Notes under the pieces: model-generated
Database searches by the model: none
What the model saw: only the letters and a program-made list of their open reading frames with translations
Told to the model about the DNA's origin: nothing
Shown here: positions 12,083 through 24,900 of the stretch, piece by piece
Position numbering within the stretch: position 1 is the stretch's first letter
How the letters are laid out: each line of letters starts with the position of its first letter
Source of the DNA: Antedon mediterranea
Taxonomy: Eukaryota > Animalia > Echinodermata
Direction: 5' to 3'
Assembly (NCBI RefSeq): GCF_964355755.1
Contig: NC_092671.1
Coordinates: 8,370,001 to 8,434,000, forward strand
DNA length: 64,000 bases
Translations under genes and position numbers: made by a program

Positions 12083-15000
12083 ATGGAAGAAGGTTTAACA
12101 CCCCCAGCTGCCTTACCCTCTTTCTTTCTGGAGGAGGATTCTGTGGCTCAGTCATGCAGTAGTGAGGTAAGAGACTTAATTTGTTATTTATGATCAAGGA
12201 AACACAAAAAAAATAGGTTACACTAAGTAATTTTAAAAACTATTGAGTCGACCAAGTTTGGAAAATCCGGCACCTACTTAGAAAATCTGTACACTACTAT
12301 TAACTGTATACTTTAAATGAATGAATTTCTATATATTCAATTTCATTTCAAACTAGTCATTTTATTATTATTTATTAACAGGGTTCGAATGACAGTTTTA
12401 ATCGTGGACCTGAAAGCATTAGAGTTGTTGTCGGAATATGTGCTATGAAAAAAAAATCACATTCAAAACCGATGCATGAGATTTTAGATCGACTTGGAAA
12501 GTTTGAAGGAATCAACATTGTTATTTTCGATGAAGAGATGATCTTAACGGAGCCTGTAAGCAACTGGCCACATTGTGATTGTTTGATATCTTTCTTTTCT
12601 ACTGGGTTCCCATTGGATAAAGCAATTGCTTATGCGGAGTCAAGAAAGACATACGTTATCAATGACCTCCATAGCCAGCATACACTAAGAGACAGGTAAA
12701 GAATTGGGGTTTTTTTTGTAGGTTGGGATGGTTTACTAGAAATTATACTATTAGTACAATCTGATGTGCAACAATTATGGAATAGATGTTTACACTACTC
12801 TGAATTAATTTATTTAATTTTATTTATATAAGTACATATTGAGAACACAATTCTCGTGTGGGACTCTAACCTATAACCTCTAAAGTACTAGCCTGGTAAT
12901 CATACTTATACTGTACCTCTTTAACTACCAAGCTTTTAAGGTTAGATTTGAGTCCAAGGAAACAGCAAGTATTGCACAATAGCACAATAATTTAACCATG
13001 ATTTTTCCCCAATTTTTTAAAGCCTCAGTCTCTGGTCTCACAAAATGTATTTATTTTTATTTAAATTAATTGAATAAATTTAAATTAACAAAATTTAAAA
13101 TGAATGTTATATACTGTATAATCAGAAGTTAACAATTTTGCTTTATTTTTTTAGGAGAGAGGTTTATAAAATTTTAAAAGACGAAGGCATAGGGTTGCCA
13201 AGATACGTCGTTTTAGATAGAGATAATAACAGTATACCAGAAGAAATTGAAATTGCTGATAATGATGATCAAATTGAAGTTTGTGGACAAATATTTCAAA
13301 AACCTTTTGTAGAGAAACCAGTGGATGCAGAAGATCATAATGTGTATATATATTACCCTCATTCAGCAGGTGGAGGCAGTCAGAGACTATTCAGAAAGGT
13401 AACACAAAAAACAAGTGTAAATACTTAAACAAGGTAACATATTTGTGTTGTTGTGAAGCTTAGAGTTTCTCTCTTTTTATAAAAAAATTCTTTTCAAATA
13501 TTAATAGTCACATAGAACCTAATACAATGTTTTTAAGTGCACAGAAATTATCCATAAAATTTCCTAAAATAACCCGAAGAAAAGCAAAGGAACCATTTAC
13601 ACTGCTCCATTCTTCAGCACCTTAAAACTTCCGTATGAGAGCGGAACAGTATTTACAGGAGCTCGAGTGTCTATCCTATCCTACCAAAATAAGAAGAAAA
13701 AAGATGTTGCTTAAGACTTTTTTTAATATCGATCGATTTTGCCTCTTTAATAGCCTGTGCCAGATCATTCATACATGAACCATTTTTTGGAGGAAGAATG
13801 AAATGTCATGATTTGTTGGTGTCTCACCATAAACCATACCTCTGTAGGTCTGAACATATCCCACTACCATGACCATCCTCTGACCACTGCCCACCCCACA
13901 CAAACAGACAATCATGAAACAATGCTCTATTTAAAAGCATCATTTTCACTAACCCTATTTGTGTTTGTTTTCAATCATACCATAAGGTTGGCAGTAGAAG
14001 TAGCGTTTACTCCCCAAACAGCTCCCTAAGGACACGCGGATCATTCATCTACGAAGAATTTATGCCGACTGATGGTACAGATGTCAAGGTAAAAACAGAT
14101 ACCAATATTTATAACTCGGTTAATAAGATGTTCGTTAAGTTTTTAGTTGATTCTCCGGTTGGTCCCCCCTAGGTCACAATTATTCCTACTGCAGGGGCTT
14201 GATGGCCAGTGGCTAATGTACAACAATCTGTTTATAATGAGTTTAAAACAATCCTGTATAGCATTGTAGGAGTGGCCAGATCATTTCTAATTATATCATC
14301 AATTTCTTTCATAGACAGTCTGTTCTAATAATGAATTTAAACACCATATCTCCAATGCATGATCTTGTCACATGTTGAATTAATAAAAGCTTTTTAAACT
14401 TGGCTCAAAATTGTAGATTTTAATATTAATGAAAAGACCTGGTGATAAACAAGTTTAGAAGCTTGTTGTCAATCCATGGCTTAAAAAAAAAACAAATTTG
14501 CAATCAATTTCCTGAGCAATTTCCTTTCATTGTAGCAATTTACAGTCTTTTTACATTACATTAGGTCAATTTATGGTCCAGTTTTGAGAGCGTTGACAAT
14601 GTAAAGCTCAGTTCCCATTTCGATGCAGCGCAAGTAATTTGACCAATCACAACAAGATGTTACTGAATTGTTACTTGTGATTGGTCAACACTTACATGTG
14701 CTCCATTGCATCAAGTCCAAGTTGGAAGCAATATTTATAAATGTAGCAATAAACAGAAATTCAAATTGTTAATGAATGTTTGAAAAAAATTAGCGGACAG
14801 AATTACAATTTTGAAATACAAACAAAATTGTTAAAGAATTACTTTTTGAACTAACTAATCTATTAATGAGTTTCAGTTATATTTTATTTTAATTTTATTC
14901 GGGTATAAATACAAAATACAAAAAGTAGCCAAAGGCTAAGAAAAATATAATTGGTCATTAAATATACAAAACGGCAAAATAATAACATTTTTTTAAAAAA

Positions 15001-18000
15001 GTGTTTAAAAAAAAAAAAAATAATAAATATAACAATACAAAAACTTGTAATTAACGTTGGTTGGAGCACATTCACATTCAATCTGTTTTGTCTAGGTGTA
15101 CACAGTTGGGCCAGACTATGCACATGCAGAGGCTAGGAAATCCCCAGCACTTGATGGTAAGGTAGAACGTGATAAAGATGGAAAAGAAGTACGTTACCCA
15201 GTCATATTGACAAATCAGGAAAAACTTATAGCAAGAAAAGTGTGCTTAGCCTTTAAAGTAAGTTTAGCCATCAACAAGATCAAATTACCATAGTAGCCTA
15301 AAGCTCTGTCTACACTATCAAAGTTTATGTGACAAAAAAATGTAATATGATGATGTCATATCACTACCATATTTGGGCAAATCACACTTTTTTGTCAATC
15401 TAGTTTGATAGTGTAGATAAAGCTTTCGTAATTTAATAAATTAAACAAACCAAGAAAATCTAACAACAGGACACTGAGCTTGCCAAGATAGGAATTCGTA
15501 ACAGTCCTTTACCTTATGTCTGGCTGCGACAAATACTAACAGTACTGTATACTGTAAATATTCTCTGCGGCAGCGGTGTCTGTTAAGAGGCGTGGAACTG
15601 ATCGTGTCGCAGCCACAGATAAACACTTTGATCTCAGGAGCTCATTATCCTGTTGTTAGATTGCCTTGCACAAACCAACAATGGTTTTAACCACTTTTTT
15701 TCTCAAACTACTGAAACTTAAAAACATTAAAACAAGGCCAACAGCCATTAAGTCGCGTGCTACAATGCATAGTGATACCAGACCGACAGACAGACGGACC
15801 GACCGACATAGTGAACTATACTGACCGAAATTACTGAACATGTTTAAAAATGTTGAAATGTTTAAAAACATTTATATTTTTTTAATTTACACGTGCGTAG
15901 CCTGTCACATTTGACGTGCTCGTATAACGTAATTTCGAGTTGAAAAGTAATTCAAGAAAACAGAAATCGGGCAAAAAGTGTTCGCAATAACATTTAACGC
16001 GCAGTGCGCGCGCAAAAATCTGCGCACTCATGGCAATTTTGTAAACGCTTAAAATTGCCTGAAACGTACTCTTATTTCATCGAAAATAAATTTTGAAAAT
16101 TTTAAGCGCGCGTACGCATGCGTTACATGCGCTACGCACGTAATTGTATTGCCATATGATGATTTATGCCCTGAAATTTATGAGTACCAAATTTTATTTA
16201 ATTGTGATTCATGGTTGTTAAGATATGATTACAAACGTGATTTCGTTAAATCGTGCGTAGACCGCGTAATTTTTTATTGCGCACCGTGAAAACATAACCA
16301 CATCGATTCCTGGCCATAAGGAATATTCTGTGAAAAATTTACTTAGCTAGATTAAACTGATATCAAGATAAGGTCATAAAGCGATAAAACGCATAGTGAT
16401 ACCGGACCGACAGACAGACAGACAGACCGACAGACAGACAGACAGACCGACCGACCGACCGACTTAGTGAACTATAGAGTCGCTTCCACGCGACTAAAAA
16501 AGAAAGGATAACAGATCAAGTAGGGAAATCTGTATTGTACTGAAATACAGTGTTTAGTCATGCATGTCATATCCCATACAGAAATTGAACACCTTGTAGA
16601 ATAATATATAATAAACAATTTTAAACATACAACAGAAAGGAAACATTTGTTTGCTTGTGTTTTAAATATCATTTTAAATTGAGTCAACAACAATCAAAAG
16701 AACTATTTCTAAATTTATTTTTTTTTCCAAAATGAATTTAGCATATATCCTCTTTTGTCTGGATTTGCACTTTCATACATAATTAACTCCAAATTGACTA
16801 TGGGTGGATGGGTGGTTGCATATTGTTTTTATTCTAAAACTAGATTACATCATTTTGATGCCTATTTATTTTGATCATTAAAAGGAATCAGCATAGAGTA
16901 ATATAAATAATGGTATTACCTTATTACCTAGTTAGGTCGTTTATTGTGCAAATTGAGAGCTCTCGAATATTGTGCTATTACAATTCATTAATGTTTTGTT
17001 ATGCATATCTTCACTCAAAAAACATTTACACAATTTCGTTATTTTATTTTACAGCAAACCGTCTGTGGCTTTGATTTGTTAAGAGCAAACGGAAAATCAT
17101 ACGTATGTGATGTCAATGGATTCAGCTTCGTCAAGAATTCAAAGAAATATTACGACGATTGTGCAAAGATACTTGGGTAATTTTGAGACAGTTTGTTCAT
17201 CTTACAATTGTTCAATTGTGCAAACATGTGTGGTTTTCGTGCTTTTTTTCATAGAAACTAAGTTGAAAAGTTCAATGGTTACTTAAAGACTACAATATGA
17301 TTACATTATTTACAATGTAATAAACACAACACTAATCCCGGAAATACTGATTTGAGACATTTTGTATTCAGTTGTTCAAATATTTTTATAAAGCGGAATT
17401 TTAAACTAATTCCCGAAATGATACTAATGGTTGACTTTTTTATAATGCCTAATAAAAATGTTCCCCAAACCTGTTAAATCGTATTTATATTTCGCTTTTT
17501 TATACTACTATTAAAGCGCAGTTTGGACTAGATGTAAATGGTTCAGGTTGAATGCTTATTGAGTTAATAGTACTGATCAAACTAAATATTAACAATAATA
17601 AATTAAAAAATTATACATATTATGTGGGTTTCTATGCTGTCCTGAAACATCATTTTGTAATAAAATAATTTAAAACATTTGGCAAAGCCTCATTGACATA
17701 TTAAAACATTTTAATAAACAATTTTAAAAAGTTAAGAAAACCAGACGATAATAATTATTATTATAATTATTGTATTTGCTTTTTGGACAGTAACATTCCC
17801 TGGCACTGGGCCCAATTAAATGCACATGTTATTTGTTCGTATTTTTGTTATTAATAAGTTAAAATTTAAATTACTTAAAATTATTCTAATACGATTCTGT
17901 AACAGGAATATGGTAATGCGTAAAATGGCTCCTAAATACAACATCCCATGGGAGATTTTTAGGCTGGAAGAGGAAATTCCAATGGTACCAACGACATCAG

Positions 18001-21000
18001 GAACAATGTAAGTACCTGATTTATTTGAACATAGGTTGGGGAGGAGTAGGGGTATTGGGACAGAAATTCCCTACTCCCAATACCCAATTCTTGTACCCAA
18101 CAACTTTAATATCATGTTATCCACAAGATGCGCTAATGATACAGTAGTTATATAAGAAATGGCCGAGCGGTTAAAACAGTGGAACCGTAATTACCTGGCC
18201 ATAACATTGGCAAGGGTTCGAGGCTCACTTGGATCAGGATTCGTAGGTCTAGTGTACACATCTAGATGACATGCACTTTAAAGGCCATGGTACATCTTTC
18301 GTGATGAGTAGGGGGTTACCCTGGTGTACTAGTCTACACACAACCACTGAAAAACAATTTTAATGATATCTTTCCATACTTAGATAATTAGTTTAATATA
18401 TCATAATGTAAGTTAAATATGAAACTGAAAATAATTCAAATATTTGATATACCCAAGATAAAAAAAAAAGCAATTAAAAAAAGTATAGGTAGATACAAAA
18501 CCTTTATTCAAATTCCTAGAGAGAGGATTAACATACTGGAGAAGTATTTACGCAGGACAAGTATTGAACTTCTTTATGGAAAGCAAGTTTTTGTTTATAT
18601 TTAATGTTTCGAATGGTACTCTGCTACAGTGTTATGCATGGTGGATGATGCATGATACTTAAAATTAACATCTTCGTATCATGACCAAATTAAAACCAAC
18701 AAGTTAACAATACTAAATTAATTCACAAAACCCTCCATAAAAGAAACGGAACCTTTGAAACCCATCTTGCCCCCACAGAGTATAAAGAATACAGACCATA
18801 TGACTTTATGGAACCTTTGAAACCCATCTTGCCCCCACAGAGTATAAAGAATACAGACCATATGACTTTATGGAACCTTTGAAACCCATCTTGCCCCCAC
18901 AGAGTATAAAGAATACAGACCATATGACTTTATGGAACCTGTGAAACCCATCTTGCCCCCACAGAGTATAAAGAATACAGACCATATGACTTTATGGAAC
19001 CTTTGAAACCCATCTTGCCCCCACAGAGTATAAAGAATACAGACCATATGACTTTATGGAACCTGTGAAACCCATCTTGCCCCCACAGAGTATAAAGAAT
19101 ACAGACCATATGACTTTATGGAACCTTTGAAACCCATCTTGCCCTCACAGAGTATAAAGAATACAGACCATATGACTTTAATTCAGACAACGTGATTGAT
19201 CCGAGTGCAGTCTCAGACTCGGAAACTGTTCAAGATGATAATAGTCAACTAAAATGTCATAAAATGTTTTGAAAATCAAATAAAGTCTAAACACAATTCT
19301 GCTTTCTAATGTTCAGCCTCATTCAGACACAATACCAATAGTTGAAGGTACTGTAAACAGTGCTGTAGCCATGAGAAATTAAACAAGAAAATGGAATAAT
19401 CGTTGTACTGGCTACAGGGTTGTTAAAAGCCTCTCTGTGAAAAAGTGGTTAGGTTGAAACCTTACCAACTGTACTGGTGACTACAGCCCTGGTATAGTAC
19501 AGTATGTCTACAATAGAAAGCATGAATGACAAGGTTTTATGCATGTCTGTTGTGATATGCTGTACAGTAGTATGGTATGAATTTGTTTCCAACTTTGAAA
19601 AAAAAACCAATAGACTGTAATATTAAAAAGATGAAATCTTAAGGTGGCAAATAGCCTTTTATTTTACAACCTTTATTCTATTTTAAGCTAAATGGATCAA
19701 ATAGTTTAGGTGCAATTGTCTAAATATAAATTTAAACCCTGAAGTTCAAAAGGAAATAGTAATTACAAGTAATTAATTAGCAAATTAATGAGTAATACCC
19801 TTAATAAAGATATTGTTTCCTAACTTCTAAGGAAATAGGAATAAATGGACATTGATTATGCTGGTTCATTACCAGTTTATTACATAATACTAAAGACAAG
19901 TATTCAATTAGTTGAAGTAGAATATGTAGTTATAATCTAAGTAGTCTCAGATATAGTGAACTGGAGAGGCCGCCAATATTCATATTCATTTAATGATCAT
20001 TCCAACCAACCAAGTCGCTTTTAACCATCCCGTTATAATTACCCACAATTCATTTTAAACCGATTATTATTATACTTTCAAAATTACCTCGGTCTTTGAA
20101 TTGAATAAATTTTGATATAATAATAATAATAATATTACTTACGTGCTCTCTCCATGTTCCAAATAAAAATCTGAATGCTCTACCACAATGTCACCTAATT
20201 TTCATGTAAGGAAAAAATGAAAAAAAACAGACATTTTAAATAGTCTATAGAACTTTGTCCTTTAATTTGCATCAAATTAACAAAATTCTTTGATTTAGCA
20301 TTTGATATTATCAAGGTAATTATGCCCCTCACAACCAAATCTATAATTAGAAAAATTAACCTCCTTTTTTGTTTTCATCACCAGTGCACCTTGGTTATAT
20401 TAACACAATATGTTGGTCTTGACATGTTGTTGCTTGAATTCAGCATCCACTAATAAAAGAAAGATGTATCAAATATAAAATTCTATATATAATCATATAC
20501 ATGCTATAATTTGGCACACAAAAGGTTAACACAAAAAGAAATACAGGGCTATTAAGTCTCACAGATTACCCATGAGGTTTCAGAATTACACAACCACACA
20601 TTAGGCTATCATGTTTAAAATGTTTTACAGAAAAAAGGAGGGAAAAGATCACATTTGGCTTATGTATTTGGAGTGGAGTTGTGGCTTGGTGGTTATGATG
20701 CTTTGCTACCACTCCAAGGGTTCTGGGTTGAAGTCCCGTCACATGTCAGGATTTTTTCTAAGGACCAAATTACTCCACTCCCTAAGACTTGTATTAAGAC
20801 TTTGTTTATGTAGAGCATCTTGTGTATATGTTGTCTTGTGAACCTCTGAGGGTCACAAATGATCAGCAATAGCTGGATGGATCACCCTCATTAAATATAA
20901 AAAAATTCTTTTACTCTTGAAGGTGGTTTGGCCGTAGTGTTAAAATGTTCAAACAATTTCATTGTATAGCATCATCTATATATTTAACAAAATAATAGTA

Positions 21001-21908
21001 AATGGATTCTAAATTTAAAATAAATATAGACCTGTGAAAGCTTGAAGAAGGAGGGTGTGGGGAAATGCCAATACCAACATTTGAAGTATACAACTTTGGC
21101 CTCTTATTGCGTAACCATAATTATTCAGCATTGTGTGTATGTACTTTTGATGTATGTACTTTTGACATATGTACTGTGACCCAAATAAAACACATTCTCT
21201 TTCACATTTAGGATGGAACTTAGATGTGTGATTGCTGTTATTCGTCATGGCGACAGAACACCAAAGCAGAAGATGAAAATGGAAGTCAAACACCCTAAGT
21301 ATGAATAGAATGATATTTTTATGAATTGCCTATACATGAATACTGAATAATAATTATAGTTACGATATGATTTAAAATATAATTCTAGATTTTTTCAGCT
21401 CTTTGAGAAGTATGATGGAATGGTTAAAGGCAAAATCAAATTAAAACGACCCAAGCAATTACAAGAGGTCTTAGATGTCGCAAGATTCCTTCTTGAGGAA
21501 TTACAAAGACAGCGAGATGCGGAGAAGCAAGAAATATGTGAGCGAGAATCAAAGCTTGAACAATTAAAGACTGTTTTAGAGATGTACGGTCACTTCTCGG
21601 GCATAAATCGTAAAGTTCAGTTGAAATATCAACCAAACGGAAATCCAAAACACTCGAGCAGTGAAGAAGGTGGGTATTTGTTTTCAAATAAAAAGTTTGC
21701 ATGGTAAACAAAGGTTTGCAGTACACCATGTAAAAAAGGAAGTGGGTATAACAGTTAGGAATGTCTCAACATTTCGTTTGTTGTACTATAATTTTCTTAG
21801 CGAGTCAAATGGCCGAGCAGTTAAGGCAGGGGCGCTGTTTACCTTAAGAGCCAACAACATCGACAAGGGTTCGAGGTTGAATCGCTCCTAGTTCTGGTTG
21901 TGCAACAA

Positions 21909-21942
<34 letters not shown>

Positions 21943-24900
21943 AGTGTACACAGTTATAACCTGTGTGCACTTTAAAGAACCCACATCATTATTCGAGAAG
22001 AGTAGGGGGTTACGCCGGTGAACTAGTCCACAAAATAGCCCCTGTATCAGAGGGATTACCACCTATCTGATAGGACAGTGTTAAATTTACTATTGGTAAT
22101 CCTTGGCCACATTGCCTAAAGACATGCAATTTTAAAAAAATAAAAATTATGGAGTCAGATGGTAAAACTACAGATTTTAGTACAAGAACCAGAAAGTCAA
22201 GACTTTCTCAACTCTACCTCCTTATTAGGAATTAGACAGTGTACCGCAAATCTTTCTTTACTATTAGGTGTGTTTTTAATTAGCTATGTAAAATACTGTG
22301 TTAAATACCATATTTGATCATAATCTTAATTATAACTATACCAATATTAAATGATTATGTTTAATAAACAAAATAATTGTTTTATTTTAATATAAGCTAA
22401 AATATCATATTAATTATTTTGATTTATTTTCTACTCCAAAAGACCTTGCAATAAAAGGTAAAAGTTGTTTAAATATTTTATATGGTTGGATCACTATACC
22501 TCGTATAGTTAACTAAACAGGCCAAAAAAGCACATTAACTTTACCCCCGAAATATTAATATATTTTATGTGTGTTAGCATTGGGATATGGTTTGAATGAA
22601 CTGACATTATCATCCAAAACAGATGATTTTGTCAGTTCTAATGGACAATATATTTCTAGCCAATTCTTGGTACTCCATTTTGTTCAGTATCGTAGACAAA
22701 TTATGTAATAAAGTGTCACATCACATGCCATAAACCTAATCTTAACATGTTACAGGAGCCATATGTGATACATGTGGACACTATATTATAGAATTTGCCT
22801 ATTATACTAGAAAATGTTGTACATGAAGATCAGAGAATCTGGTGATATTTTGCATATTGGAGTTTATTCTATTTATTTTTTCAGTGTCAGGTGAGAGAAC
22901 ACACATTGATTCACACACACACACACATTTTAAATCTGTTGGTATTTTATTATTAATTATTTGGGCAATATTTCATCACAGACACCTTTAAAATTCTATT
23001 CATTTCATGCTTCTTAATTTTTGTACTGTCTTATTCTGTCTACTGTATTTTGTATCTAAATTATATTAAATTTGTTTTCCTTATCCCTCACATAGCACAT
23101 TTTATAAATACATAAACTGTGACACTATTAGTAGTATGGAACTAACCCAACTAATATACTACTGTGCTGAATACAAACAGGTTATAGCTGGGGCGGATCC
23201 AATGGTGGGCGGGGAGGGGCGGGGCACATTGTAATGCAAATAGCTTAACCCTTCATTTCACTATTTTTAGGCCCTATTTCAAAATCCTGGATCCACCACT
23301 GTAAAGGTTGAGGAGGGGTCGATTCTTACCTATAGCAGTTTACTACCTCTGATAATCTTCATTGTATTCACTCTTGCTTGGCTAAATATTTTGGAATTTT
23401 TAACCTTAGAACCGTGCTTAATGCAGCTATGTCTAACTTGCTTTGGCTTTCACATTTAGTATAGTTTAGTAATATTAGTTCATTTTGGTTTTAATAATCA
23501 CAATATGTTGACTGCTGGGAATATAAACACAGTATAATTAACATACTGTACAGTATTGATTGATTGATTGGGTTGGGTCAATCAATCAATCAATCTACAG
23601 TACAGTAGTGTTAGTTGAAGCCAATCACCTGTTCTATCTGCTGTGATTGGTTCATAGTTGCACCATAGCTGCATCTCATTATATACACCTAACATGAAAC
23701 ACCTGTACTGCTTCAGAATTTATCAAAATAGTTTACATTCTAACAATTGTTCTTATGGATGGCTTGGAGAGAGGTCAGAGGTTGGAACAGCAGTACACAT
23801 TTATCAGATTATTGTAGTAAATTAAAGATGGTACACGTCTATGAACATTTGAATTCATCTCTCATTTTTTATTTCAGAGCCTAGGAATGAACCATCGTTA
23901 TTACTAATACTTAAGTGGGGTGGAGAATTAACCCCTACAGGTAGGGTCCAAGCAGAAGAGTTGGGCCAGGCTTTTCGATGCATCTACCCCGGTGGCTCAG
24001 GTAATTATGATGGTGTACAGTTAGCTACTGTCTATTGCTATATTTATTGCTAATGATTTAATAATGTAGCTATGTCTCTCTCGGATGGTTTAGTTTAATA
24101 AGGCTACTTTATGTGACAAACAACTTTTATGTTGCAGGTGACTATGCTGGTTTTCCAGGATGTGGGCTGTTGAGGCTTCATAGTACATATCGTCACGATC
24201 TTAAGATTTATGCGTCTGATGAGGGCAGAGTTCAAATGACTGCTGCCTCATTTACTAAGGTAACATTTTGTTTTTGTATATTTATAATTTATTTTTTTCT
24301 GAAAGCCGTTATTTTTTTAAGCTTTAGATATACAATAATATACATTTGTAATATCCATGCTAATATCTAAAATCCAATTTATTAATTTATCAAAACACAT
24401 TTTTTATTTCCAGGGTATGTTGGCACTAGAGGGTGAACTGACCCCAATTTTAGTACAAATGGTGAAAAGTGCAAATACCACTGGACTATTGGATCATGAC
24501 AAAGAATCAATATCATTACAGGGAAAGTAAGTATTGTCTTGCTATTCAAATCAATGTATATGTCCTACTAAAGCTCTGTCTACACTATCAAACAAAGAAG
24601 TGTATTGTGCCCATTATGGACATGATGACATATCATATCATCTTATCACTACCATATTTGGGCACATCATATTTGTTGTCACATAAAGTTTGATTGTGTA
24701 GACAGAGCTATATTGATAGCATTATTAATTTCTTTAAACCCCAAATTAAAAGTTTATGATATTTTATTTTATTTTTTAGAGTAAAATCTAAATTGTATGA
24801 TATGTTCCGTTCCAACAACAAATTTACAACTTCTGATTTTGAAAAGGTAAAGAATTTCTTTTTCGATTTATTTGTTTATATTATTGAATAATAGAGTTTT

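Noticed and set aside
21799-21890. Possible functional tRNA gene
   Set aside because: A/B boxes are present, but there is no clean cloverleaf and the sequence continues into a shared SINE body.
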